64,000 nt of DNA from a virus: IMG/VR virus record IMGVR_UViG_3300028045_000008, positions 32,001 through 96,000 of that record; one strand, written 5' to 3'. A program made the position numbers and the translations under genes. Numbering within the stretch: position 1 is the stretch's first letter; each line of letters opens with the position of its first letter. The notes beneath the pieces were generated by a model. That model saw only the letters and a program-made list of their open reading frames with translations, did not search any database and was not told where the DNA came from. Positions 55,304 to 64,000 of the stretch are shown one piece after another.

Positions 55304-56872
55304 TTGACAAAACATTATGATTCTGGTTCGGCCATGGCCCAGAGAATCCTTGCTGGCGTTAACAAGCTAGCAGACAACGTAGCTTCCACGTTGGGCCCGC
55401 GAGGAAGGAATGTTATCCTGCAAGAGAAGAACAAAAGACCCATCATTACCAAAGACGGCGTTACTGTCGCCAACTTTGTGGATCTAGACGACCCCGTCGA
55501 GAACGCCGCCGCTCAAATAATTAAGCAGGCTGCAGAGCAAACTAACTCTGATGCTGGCGACGGTACCACTACTGCGACAGTCCTCTCCAGGGCGATTTTG
55601 AGCGCGGCACAGAAGTATATTTCATCTGGAGTACCACCGATCGAACTCCAGCGTGGAATTGAGCGAGCCGTCACAGAACTGGCCGTCGTCCTCGACGCTG
55701 CCAGCCGCCCAATTATGTCAGAGGAGGACATCGCTCATGTGGCTTCGATTTCTGCCAACAACGACAAACAGATTGGCCGACTTATAGCCCAGGCTGTATC
55801 TGCAGCGGGAAAGGATGGGGCAATAACTGTCGAAGAAGCTAGATCATTCCAGACCAGCCTGGATCTGGTTGAAGGGTTCAGGATGGATGCTGGCTACGCA
55901 GCAAGTGCTTTCATCACTGATGAGCGCCGCCGCGCCGTCTTATATGAAGATCCTATGATCCTGGTTACAGACGAGAAGCTAGATAATGTCCACGATATTC
56001 TGCCAATTTTAGAACTCGCCGCGCGCGAGGCGCGCCCACTAATCTTTGTCGCCAGCGATGTCGAAGGTCAGGCCCTCGCCGCGATGATCGTCAATGCCTT
56101 AAAGGGTGTCCTTAAGGTCGCAGCAATCAAAGCGCCAAGGTACGGCGAAGAGCGCAAAAATATCTTAAAGGATCTCGCTCTTTCGACGGGCGCAACTTTG
56201 ATCACTCGTTCAAGTGGTAAGAGATTAAAAGACGTCAAACTCATAGATTTTGGAAGCGCCTCTAGGGTAGACATCACAAGGGCCCAGACCACCATCGTCG
56301 GCGGCAATGGTAATCCAGATGCAGTATCAGCAAGAATTGATAGTCTAAGGGAAGAGTTAGTCAAGGAGGATAACCTGCACGAGTGCGAAAAGCTTCAGGA
56401 TAGGGTATCTCGGCTGGCGAGCGGTATCGCTATAATAAGAGTCGGCGCCTCTACAGAGATTGAGATGATAGAGAAGAAGCATCGGATCGAAGACGCACTA
56501 GAAGCAGTTCGCTCCGCCCAAATGGAGGGAATTGTCGAGGGTGGTGGAATCGCGCTCTTACGCGCCTCCTCTACTTTGGTGGTGGAAGTTGACAACGCAG
56601 ATCAGTTGTTAGGGGTAGAAATAATTAAACAAGCCTCACAGGCTCCCCTGCGACAAATGGCGATTAATGCGGGTATTTCTCCGGATATTGTCTGCAAGCT
56701 TGTTCTGGAGTCCGAAACGGGCCACGGTTACGACTTTATGACCGATTCTATCGTGAATATGATGGACTCTGGTATTATCGATCCGGTGAGGGTGACCAAG
56801 ACGGCGCTCCAGAATGCTGCTTCTGTGTCTGGCACGTTAATAACTACAAATTGTGCTGTGATTGAGAGTTAG
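55304..56872 (+). CDS. groEL: Chaperonin GroEL
   Basis: [41 protein letters not shown] and GIIDP. Confidence 0.97.
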   Translation: MTKHYDSGSAMAQRILAGVNKLADNVASTLGPRGRNVILQEKNKRPIITKDGVTVANFVDLDDPVENAAAQIIKQAAEQTNSDAGDGTTTATVLSRAILSAAQKYISSGVPPIELQRGIERAVTELAVVLDAASRPIMSEEDIAHVASISANNDKQIGRLIAQAVSAAGKDGAITVEEARSFQTSLDLVEGFRMDAGYAASAFITDERRRAVLYEDPMILVTDEKLDNVHDILPILELAAREARPLIFVASDVEGQALAAMIVNALKGVLKVAAIKAPRYGEERKNILKDLALSTGATLITRSSGKRLKDVKLIDFGSASRVDITRAQTTIVGGNGNPDAVSARIDSLREELVKEDNLHECEKLQDRVSRLASGIAIIRVGASTEIEMIEKKHRIEDALEAVRSAQMEGIVEGGGIALLRASSTLVVEVDNADQLLGVEIIKQASQAPLRQMAINAGISPDIVCKLVLESETGHGYDFMTDSIVNMMDSGIIDPVRVTKTALQNAASVSGTLITTNCAVIES

Positions 56873-56909
56873 CTCGCTACTTAGTATAACTAAAAAGCGG
56901 AGAAATATT

Positions 56910-57182
56910 ATGTCAGAAGAAGAAATTAAAATAGATATTGTCGAGTTGGGTGGCAAGATAGACAGGATGATAGACAACCTACATGCCGTCCGCGAAAGAT
57001 GTGATGAGATAGCGGTGTGCGTCAACAAGGTAAAGAAGGCAGTGTATGAGCCAGACCAGGGCTTGTATGCTAGATTAAGAGAACTGGAGCAGTGGAAAGA
57101 GCAAGCATCCAGGTTTCTCTGGGTCATAACGACTTCCGTAGTTGGACTAATCACTGCGACACTTTATAAAGCGCTTTTTTAA
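56910..57182 (+). CDS. Coiled-coil protein with C-terminal TM helix (holin-like candidate)
   Basis: GGAG RBS, ATG at 56910, GLYARLRELE then a hydrophobic C-terminus. Putative late motif upstream. Confidence 0.5.
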   Translation: MSEEEIKIDIVELGGKIDRMIDNLHAVRERCDEIAVCVNKVKKAVYEPDQGLYARLRELEQWKEQASRFLWVITTSVVGLITATLYKALF

Positions 57183-57201
57183 AATATAACGAGAGGTTAG
57201 A

Positions 57202-57507
57202 ATGAGGGTTAATATAACTTATTCGGTAGATTTAAATGATATTCCACTTGAGATAGACAAGCTGCTTCGAGAGAATAAGGAATTGTTGGATAAAATAATG
57301 CAAGATTTGGAGTCGGTTTCGAAGAAGAACCCACTTGAGATTATAGAAGTAATAAACTCTTCAAGAGAATCTCTGGCAGTTTTTGATATGAGGCTGACAG
57401 AATGTAATAACATTCTTTCTGGCTTCATCGATATTCGGGCCAAGGGCTCCACTCACCAGTTTATCGAAGTCGACGAGACGGGAGGCCCCGATGACGAGGG
57501 TGTTTAA
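57202..57507 (+). CDS. Hypothetical protein
   Basis: GAGGT RBS. Confidence 0.6.
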   Translation: MRVNITYSVDLNDIPLEIDKLLRENKELLDKIMQDLESVSKKNPLEIIEVINSSRESLAVFDMRLTECNNILSGFIDIRAKGSTHQFIEVDETGGPDDEGV

Positions 57508-57736
57508 AGAAGGTGAGTATGTACATATCCCTGCTGGATCTGTTGCCTACAGACTCAGCGATACAGGCGCTGTGACATCTTTTTTCAAAGCTCGCGAGCC
57601 ACTTGCCTTGATGTATTTAGGCCATCGCCGCGTCCCAGGATTCGCTGACTCAAATATCTGCGATGTCTTTTACGAGGGGAAAGTTTATTCAGTCATTGAG
57701 GAGAATGTTTATGAAATGGGAGGCAGAGATGAGTAG
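57491..57736 (+). CDS. Hypothetical protein (small beta-barrel-like)
   Basis: GGAGG RBS. Confidence 0.55.
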   Translation: MTRVFKEGEYVHIPAGSVAYRLSDTGAVTSFFKAREPLALMYLGHRRVPGFADSNICDVFYEGKVYSVIEENVYEMGGRDE

Positions 57737-58028
57737 TACAATTGAGTTTGTTGAACTTTATAATCGATCGAGCGGCGGCACTATCAGGGACTATGGACTA
57801 AGAACCATATATATCAACCCAGACCATGTGGTATCACTAGTGGAGGATATGAGGTCGTCACAACTTCTACAAGAAGGGTCACTGCCAGAGAATCTTGATT
57901 CAAGGCAGCAATTTACAAGTATATCTCTCGACGTTGGCGCCGCCGGAAACTCTATTGTGGTAGTCGGCCCAGTCCGAGAGATTCACAGCAAACTTTATGA
58001 AAATAGAAAGAAACTTCTGAGAGGGTAG
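57729..58028 (+). CDS. Hypothetical protein (FlbD-like YINPDHV motif)
   Basis: GGAGG RBS and ATG at 57729. Confidence 0.5.
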   Translation: MSSTIEFVELYNRSSGGTIRDYGLRTIYINPDHVVSLVEDMRSSQLLQEGSLPENLDSRQQFTSISLDVGAAGNSIVVVGPVREIHSKLYENRKKLLRG

Positions 58029-58030
58029 AG

Positions 58031-58456
58031 ATGGAAATTCCATGTAGTTTTGAAGCTGTCACACAATGGTACGGCATTTTCGAAGAGGGGGAGACTAAGT
58101 TGGGCCGTTACGACGGAACAAATATGAACATTAAGGGCCTTGGGTATGACAAGTGGGCGCTCGTAGCAAATATTCTGTTGAATGACCCGGTCCAAAAATA
58201 CCTAGAAGAAGGTTTGACCGAGGAACAGATCTTAGCTGGATGCTTGGAATTTTTGAATAAGCCTCCAACGAAGCGATCCCGAAAACCAAAGTATGGACAT
58301 CTTGAGCATCGCTATTTCAAGCTGCTCGATGGCGAGAAAATTACCGTATCTTTGACTACTACTGATAGAAATAACAAGCACTTTTGGGGGCGAGGCTCGA
58401 AAGCTCGCGAGGTAAGAAAAATTTCTAAGCGCGGTCGACCACGGAAAAGAAAATGA
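58031..58456 (+). CDS. Hypothetical protein with basic C-terminus
   Basis: C-terminal KRGRPRKRK resembles an AT-hook. Confidence 0.55.
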   Translation: MEIPCSFEAVTQWYGIFEEGETKLGRYDGTNMNIKGLGYDKWALVANILLNDPVQKYLEEGLTEEQILAGCLEFLNKPPTKRSRKPKYGHLEHRYFKLLDGEKITVSLTTTDRNNKHFWGRGSKAREVRKISKRGRPRKRK

Positions 58457-58902
58457 CCCCTACCCGATGGCCAGATATTCGGCATCTTGAGTGGCATCTG
58501 ATCGACGAATATGGCGTCTATGTCTCTTTTGATGATAATGGTACTGACGAATACTGGTTTGACCCAGATAATTTTGAGGAAGATCCCGGCGTCATTTCAA
58601 TCAATTCATCGAATGACGCCGAACACCAGCTACTCGTTTTGTTGCACGAAGCCGGCCATGTCATTCTTCGATCAGATTCGGCGATGTTTGAGAGGAGGTT
58701 TCCAGGCTCTCACAGAGGTACTCTTCATGGCCGCATAGAGATATTGAGAGAGGAGGTATTGGCCTGGGAAGAAGCCCACCAGGTCGCCGATAGGCTTGGA
58801 ATCAAGATAGAAGAGGAAAGATGGAAAGAGAATTATCGAGACGCACTAGAGAAATATGTGAGATGGACGCTGATTGGAGACGAGAATGAACAGACTAACT
58901 AA
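58453..58902 (+). CDS. HExxH metallopeptidase (ImmA/IrrE-like)
   Basis: LLHEAGH...EEVLAW. Confidence 0.65.
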   Translation: MTPTRWPDIRHLEWHLIDEYGVYVSFDDNGTDEYWFDPDNFEEDPGVISINSSNDAEHQLLVLLHEAGHVILRSDSAMFERRFPGSHRGTLHGRIEILREEVLAWEEAHQVADRLGIKIEEERWKENYRDALEKYVRWTLIGDENEQTN

Positions 58903-61540
58903 AATGCTAATCCCGATGGCGGCCATGTTATTCACCGGCTGCATTGAATATGAGGTAGAAGCTATCAAGCCAGAAGTAACACCTGGCCCAACCTACTTTA
59001 CTGATCTTCCAGATGGGAAGTGGTTACCACCACAAAAAGATATGTCAACACCAGATGGACCCGTAGACTTAGGAGATCCACTCCTCCCAGATATCGAGGT
59101 GAGTTTTATACAGTATGACTTCGGGACTCGCGAACTGACTGACCCGCCACTTGATGTAATCCTTGAGATACGGAATGTTGGCGACTATCCTCTTCGTATT
59201 AATCAGGTAGCGCAAACCTCTGTATCGAACTCTTTCATTCTAGGTCCCCTGGTGAGCAATGAGCTATTACCAGGAGGAGTAGAAAGTCTTATAATTAGTT
59301 ATAAGCCGACAATCCATGGCCCAGATGCTAGCATGATAAAGGTGGAGTCGAACGATCCCGATGAACCTTCTGTTATCATTTTTCTTGCGGCGAATGGGGC
59401 CACTCCCAAATTAGAAATCGATCCCTTAGTAATCGATTTTGGTTCAGTAGACCCCATAAACACTCCTGTTAGTATGTCAGTTGATCTGACTAACGTAGGC
59501 GATGGCTTGGTGGAAATAAGCAAAATACAAGAGATTAAATCAAACCTGGACATCAATATTAGCGTTTTTCCCTCAACAAAGTTGACTCCTGGTCAAAAGA
59601 CCACGATGCAATTATCTTATCTTCCGACTGATTCTGGAAAAGATGTAGAGAAGATTGAGATCGTAAGCAACGACCCGGCCAACTCTGTACAGAAAGTTAC
59701 CGCAAAAGCAAAAACCGCTGACCCAGACCTAGAAGCCCCGCCCCTGCTGGACTTCGGCACTATAGAGGTTGGTAGTTCCTTGACCAAGACATTCGATATC
59801 GAGAATGTGGGCACCGGAAAACTACAAATAACTGGCGTATCATTTCCACAGAGCACGGGCACATTCAATATCAAGAAGACCTTCATTGGTGACATTTCGC
59901 CAGGAAACTCAGAGACTTTGGAAGTTGAATATGCCCCTGATGACTACCTCCCAGACATGTCCAGTCTCCAGATAACATCCAATGATCCAGCAGACCCAAC
60001 GTACACTGTCTCTCTTCATGGTGTCGCCGGAATTCCAGAGATAGAAGTAGATCCCCTTGCGGTAGATTTTGGAAACGTCGATGTCCATGGCGCGCCACCA
60101 ATGGAAAAGGTGAAGGTATCTAATGTTGGGACAGGTAACTTGGTTATAGCCCCAGTATCGCTCAAACACAATACCGTCTTCTCTTGGGTTTTACCAACGA
60201 ATTCGTTGCCCCCTGGAGCCTCCGCAAATATAGAAATCTCATATAGTCCGATCGCGTACGCGCTCGACTCTGATGAACTATCGATCGGCTCAAACGACCC
60301 AAACAACTCCCTTGTTCTAGTCCCTGTTATTGGCGCAGGCTCCGCTCCAAAGCTGGAGATTTCTCCAGACCCGTATGATTACGGAACAGAATATCTAGAG
60401 TGCGATCAAGAACAGACAATAGACTTAAAGAATGTCGGTGATGTCGATCTTGAGATCTCTAAAATAGAATACTTTACGTCTTTTCCGAGCCACTTTTCGA
60501 TCGATTATGATCTCGTGCTAAACGGACAATTTCCCTGGACAATACCTCCAGGTTCTCAAAACTCGGTATTCATCGAATATATGCCCTTGTCAGCCACGAC
60601 AGACTCTTCCTTTATCAAGGTCACGTCCGACGATCCGCTTTCTCCAACTAAGATGTCCTATCAATATGGCGAAGGTATTTATTATTCTTCAGTTATGGAC
60701 ACGCATATCCAAGATACGGTCATGATGTCTGACATCCTCTTTGTGATTGATAACTCCTGCTCTATGGGATCCTGGCAATCACATGTAGCAACAAACTTTG
60801 ACTCGTTCATTACGGTGTTTCAGAACTCTGGAGTGGACTATCACATTGCAATTATAACTACGGATAATCCCTCTTTCGTTGGGAGTATTATCGACAACTC
60901 GACTATCGACCCGATCACCGAATTTACAACGCAGGCCCAAGTAGGGACGTGGGGCTCTGGCCAGGAGCGCGGCCTAGATATGGCCTACGAGGCACTAAGC
61001 CCTGGTGGTTCCGCGGCCCCTGGTTCAGCCTTCGAGCGAACTGACGCCAAGATGTCCATCATTTTTGTATCGGATGAACCTGATTACTCATACGAATTGG
61101 TGCAGCCACTTGACTATTCATCATTCTTTAAGGGAGTTAAGATCAGTTCGTCGAGGATTGTTTCTCATTCTGTAAGCGGGGATTGCCCTAGTGGTTGCAC
61201 AATGCCATACATCTCAAATGGGTACACGTATAGCAAAAGCGCCTGGTGCAACTACGACTACATTGATGTGGTCACTGACATGGGCGGCTCACAGTTATCT
61301 TTGTGCGACACCGATTGGGGCCTCAAGATGGAGACTTTGGCCAAAGACTCGATTGTAAAGTCTTCCTTTGAATTATCTGATACCCCCATTGCACCCACAA
61401 TCGAGGTGCTCGTAGATGGGGCAATAACAGGAAATTGGACTTATGACCCTGCTATAAACAGCGTCGTATTCGATCCAGCCAGTATTCCACTGGCAGGAAG
61501 CATCATAGATATCAGTTATAATATTCTAGGAGGTTGCTGA
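58886..61540 (+). CDS. Lipoprotein with four tandem Ig-like (choice-of-anchor D/ASH-type) repeats and a C-terminal vWA domain
   Basis: Lipobox LFTGC; repeated DFG...NVG...SNDP units; MIDAS DILFVIDNSCSM; IIFVSDEPD. Confidence 0.8.
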   Translation: MNRLTKMLIPMAAMLFTGCIEYEVEAIKPEVTPGPTYFTDLPDGKWLPPQKDMSTPDGPVDLGDPLLPDIEVSFIQYDFGTRELTDPPLDVILEIRNVGDYPLRINQVAQTSVSNSFILGPLVSNELLPGGVESLIISYKPTIHGPDASMIKVESNDPDEPSVIIFLAANGATPKLEIDPLVIDFGSVDPINTPVSMSVDLTNVGDGLVEISKIQEIKSNLDINISVFPSTKLTPGQKTTMQLSYLPTDSGKDVEKIEIVSNDPANSVQKVTAKAKTADPDLEAPPLLDFGTIEVGSSLTKTFDIENVGTGKLQITGVSFPQSTGTFNIKKTFIGDISPGNSETLEVEYAPDDYLPDMSSLQITSNDPADPTYTVSLHGVAGIPEIEVDPLAVDFGNVDVHGAPPMEKVKVSNVGTGNLVIAPVSLKHNTVFSWVLPTNSLPPGASANIEISYSPIAYALDSDELSIGSNDPNNSLVLVPVIGAGSAPKLEISPDPYDYGTEYLECDQEQTIDLKNVGDVDLEISKIEYFTSFPSHFSIDYDLVLNGQFPWTIPPGSQNSVFIEYMPLSATTDSSFIKVTSDDPLSPTKMSYQYGEGIYYSSVMDTHIQDTVMMSDILFVIDNSCSMGSWQSHVATNFDSFITVFQNSGVDYHIAIITTDNPSFVGSIIDNSTIDPITEFTTQAQVGTWGSGQERGLDMAYEALSPGGSAAPGSAFERTDAKMSIIFVSDEPDYSYELVQPLDYSSFFKGVKISSSRIVSHSVSGDCPSGCTMPYISNGYTYSKSAWCNYDYIDVVTDMGGSQLSLCDTDWGLKMETLAKDSIVKSSFELSDTPIAPTIEVLVDGAITGNWTYDPAINSVVFDPASIPLAGSIIDISYNILGGC

Positions 61541-61875
61541 TGAATGAGAGAATAGAAAAACCATGGGGATTTGAGATTATTTGGGCCAAAACTGACGATT
61601 ACGTGGGAAAACTCCTACACATCACCTCCGGTAATCGTTTGTCGAGACAGTATCATGTTAAGAAAGAGGAAACAGTCTATGTTCTAAAGGGGATTCTCTA
61701 TAACTACGATGAAGCCGGAAACGTACAGAGGATACTTCCAGGTCACTCCTTCCACGTCGAACCGGGCCAGATTCACAGATTCGCTGCCATGGAATCGAAT
61801 GTTGAATTGATCGAAGTGAGTACCAACCATCTCGATGATGTGGTCCGCTTAGCTGATGATTACAGGAGGGATTGA
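61540..61875 (+). CDS. Cupin (mannose-6-phosphate isomerase type II-like)
   Basis: IEKPWG, LSRQYH..KEET, IHRF, EVST and DVVRL. Confidence 0.85.
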   Translation: MNERIEKPWGFEIIWAKTDDYVGKLLHITSGNRLSRQYHVKKEETVYVLKGILYNYDEAGNVQRILPGHSFHVEPGQIHRFAAMESNVELIEVSTNHLDDVVRLADDYRRD

Positions 61876-62222
61876 TGACATCCAAATTCTTGCTCGCTTG
61901 TTTCTTAATCCTTTTAGGTCATGTGGTATCTTGGTATGCGACATACTCGCAGTTCATATGGGGTTGGTGCAAGGATAATGTAATCTTGCTGCCGCTGATA
62001 TTCTCTATCCCTACTGGGTACTTATTCACTTATGGAATGAGGTTTGCAGTTCAGGAGATGGGTGAAGCTTGGGGCCCCAGGCTTGTTGGTTTCGGAATTT
62101 CTTATTTGGTTTTTCCGCTGTTGACTTATTATTATTTTAATGAAAGCATGTTCACACCCAAGACCATGGTGTGTGTCCTGTTGTCGTTTCTCATAGTCGC
62201 AATTCAAGTGTTTTGGAAATGA
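61872..62222 (+). CDS. Four-TM membrane protein
   Basis: Four hydrophobic segments; size is similar to SMR/DMT proteins. Confidence 0.6.
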   Translation: MMTSKFLLACFLILLGHVVSWYATYSQFIWGWCKDNVILLPLIFSIPTGYLFTYGMRFAVQEMGEAWGPRLVGFGISYLVFPLLTYYYFNESMFTPKTMVCVLLSFLIVAIQVFWK

Positions 62223-62227
62223 TTTGG

Positions 62228-62235
62228 ACTATTTA
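62228..62235 (+). promoter_or_regulatory. Putative late promoter ACTATTTA
   Basis: Recurrent motif. Confidence 0.6.
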
Positions 62236-62260
62236 TTTTATATGACAGGAGTTATAAAAC

Positions 62261-62617
62261 ATGTCCTCGCTAGATAAGAAGATAGAAGAAGCCCTGAATA
62301 CCCTAAGAGAAGAAAAGTATAGATTAAGAACTTTCCAGGTTATCTTGAGACTGGAGATTGACTCCGACAAGGGTGTCGAAGAAAGCATGCAGGCAATTCG
62401 AGCAATCGAAGGGGTTACAGTGGTTACGGCCCTGGATTCAAACTACGATGAATCCAGGGGAGTCTATACAAGCAAAGTTAAAGTTAAATTTCACCCCAAC
62501 AGGGACACCACGCCGCCAACGAAATATATAAATCAGACGCTATTACCGTCCATACGCTCTCGAAAACTATCTGGCGTAAAATATATCACGAGATCGGAGC
62601 CAGAAAGAACGTCTTGA
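62261..62617 (+). CDS. Hypothetical late protein
   Basis: ACTATTTA motif and AGGAG RBS; IRAIEGVTVV. Confidence 0.6.
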   Translation: MSSLDKKIEEALNTLREEKYRLRTFQVILRLEIDSDKGVEESMQAIRAIEGVTVVTALDSNYDESRGVYTSKVKVKFHPNRDTTPPTKYINQTLLPSIRSRKLSGVKYITRSEPERTS

Positions 62618-62734
62618 GTGAAATACCGCCAGAAAAGTGGCACTATAATGCGTAATAACGCCAAATAAATCTTCTTTTATATTTTATCCTGATAGTTATT
62701 TACAGAGGTTATCCTCTAGGGGGGGGAAATATGT

Positions 62735-63541
62735 ATGCGCGCCACAGAGAGATTTTATAGAGTTTTGACAGGGATGATGATGTCTGCCATCTTAATTTTG
62801 GCAGGATGTCAATCGCCGGAGGGTTTGATCGATCAAGTACCAAATCCAGCGCGCAACACGAGCACTGACTTCGCCAGCTATTTATACCAGGACGTCGCTC
62901 GCTACGATTACGAGACTTATGTTCATCGGATATCGAGAACTTCGGCCGTAAGGGTACAGATAAAATATCCTTTCGGAACAATTCAGGGATCTGGCACTTA
63001 TTTCAAGTGGAAAGGCCACACTATGGTTGTGACTGCAGCCCACCTATTCGCATTTGGTGGTGCTTCCGTTCTTTCATCCGAGGCACTAATATCCAGTCCA
63101 GACGAAAGGGTTCTTGGTAGGCTCGTTTATGTAGATAACTACGTCGATGTAGCAATCTTCGCAGTTCCCACACTGGACTCTAGACGTCCAGCTAGGTTCG
63201 ATAGAGCGACGAACTACCCAATTGGCGAAAAAGTTGTGTATTCCGGATTTCCGGGCGCTAACAAACTCCTAACATTCGAAGGCACCCTCACTGGTGATGG
63301 GTTTGATACTGACATCTCTATGCAGTCATTTGCTTGGGGAGGGTCATCTGGCTCTGGAGTCTTTGATTCTAACGGAGACTATGTTGGGATACTGGTTTCC
63401 ATCATGGTCGGGCCTGGACCACAAGGCCCGCAACTCATAGGCTCCGTGGTTTACGTCGCTCCTGCTACTCTGATCGATACGGCACTCTTGCGTCAAAGAT
63501 TAGACAAGCTAGCAAGGATGAAGAACGATGGTTTTCAGTAG
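62735..63541 (+). CDS. Trypsin-like serine protease, predicted lipoprotein
   Basis: Lipobox ILAGC; GSG, TAAH, DVA and GGSSGSG. Confidence 0.85.
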   Translation: MRATERFYRVLTGMMMSAILILAGCQSPEGLIDQVPNPARNTSTDFASYLYQDVARYDYETYVHRISRTSAVRVQIKYPFGTIQGSGTYFKWKGHTMVVTAAHLFAFGGASVLSSEALISSPDERVLGRLVYVDNYVDVAIFAVPTLDSRRPARFDRATNYPIGEKVVYSGFPGANKLLTFEGTLTGDGFDTDISMQSFAWGGSSGSGVFDSNGDYVGILVSIMVGPGPQGPQLIGSVVYVAPATLIDTALLRQRLDKLARMKNDGFQ

Positions 63542-64000
63542 ACTTTCGTTTATTGCGTTGCTCTTATTGGCGCTGGCTTCTTGCACCACCAATATAGATT
63601 ATACTTTCGATATATCTGACGAACCAGGGGATCTAGAGACAGACATATGGGTGGATTCTTTTACTCAAGTTGGGTCTTACGAGAACATCGATATCCTCTG
63701 GGTTATTGACAGGTCTTGTTCTATGAACGATAATGATGCGGAATTGTTATCTGGAGTAGAATCCATGATGAACTCTCTTTCTTCGGACATAAATTGGCGC
63801 CTCAAAATAATCACTGCAGGAGATCGCGCTGTTGTACAATCGGATTCGTTTCCATTAACCCGCGGTGCCACCTACTCTGATGCTCTAGATATGCTAAATA
63901 CTCTGCCCAATGATGGGGGAGAAACAGGCTTTGCAGCCCTTTACGACTATATTATGCATGATCCCTATGCTCAAACTTGGCTGCGCCACAATGCGGCCTT
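63528..64000 (+). CDS. vWA-domain lipoprotein, partial, runs off the window and is absent from the ORF track
   Basis: Hand translation MVFSRLSFIALLLLALASC...IDILWVIDRSCSM gives a lipobox and a MIDAS motif. Confidence 0.75.
   Translation, partial: MVFSRLSFIALLLLALASCTTNIDYTFDISDEPGDLETDIWVDSFTQVGSYENIDILWVIDRSCSMNDNDAELLSGVESMMNSLSSDINWRLKIITAGDRAVVQSDSFPLTRGATYSDALDMLNTLPNDGGETGFAALYDYIMHDPYAQTWLRHNAA

Noticed and set aside
18-63871. Minus-strand and alternative-frame ORFs in the track (e.g. 42671-43321, 19883-20356, 19913-20323)
   Set aside because: They are shadows of well-supported + strand genes, with no RBS or recognisable motif. The Arg-rich one reflects GCC-rich Ala codons in the TMP.
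1-64000. Alternative genetic code (stop-codon reassignment)
   Set aside because: Conserved genes are full length in code 11, and TAA, TAG and TGA all terminate genes.
1-64000. tRNA or rRNA genes
   Set aside because: Intergenic gaps are short and no cloverleaf or T-loop pattern was recognised by eye. tRNAscan-SE would be needed to exclude them formally.

Overview
The window is 64 kb of a large lytic myovirus genome with T4-like architecture, and essentially every gene is on the + strand. Bases 1-26.8 kb form a late virion module: scaffold, gp23-type major capsid, gp13/gp15/gp14-like neck, fibre-like protein, tail sheath, tail tube, gp26/gp51-like chaperones, tape measure and baseplate. Bases 26.8-64 kb form a replication and host-takeover region. 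It includes a minimal family-A polymerase, a divergent tubulin/FtsZ-like protein, gp32-like SSB, RecA/UvsX, a 5'-3' exonuclease, DnaB/gp41 helicase, class II RNR, DnaE, PurA, a GuaB-like enzyme, dUTPase, an R-M-like pair, FKBP, a J-domain protein, GroES, GroEL and ClpP. It ends with a cluster of lipoproteins carrying Ig-like and vWA domains. The most striking feature is a complete YeaH(vWA)-SpoVR-PrkA(AAA+) triad, known from bacterial starvation and sporulation biology, translationally coupled to the neck gene inside the late structural operon. Two promoter classes can be read directly: about 12 sigma70 consensus promoters (TTGACA-N17-TATAnT) and about 12 copies of a phage-specific putative late motif (CTA[T/C/A]TTA), which also marks scattered acidic LxE-rich genes. 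Other signals are a nested start in the fibre gene, a possible +1 frameshift in the tail chaperone pair, structured 5' leaders and a probable ATA start codon. Family assignments come from motif recognition by eye; no database search was run. No tRNA, rRNA, CRISPR array, integrase, intron or intein was recognised.
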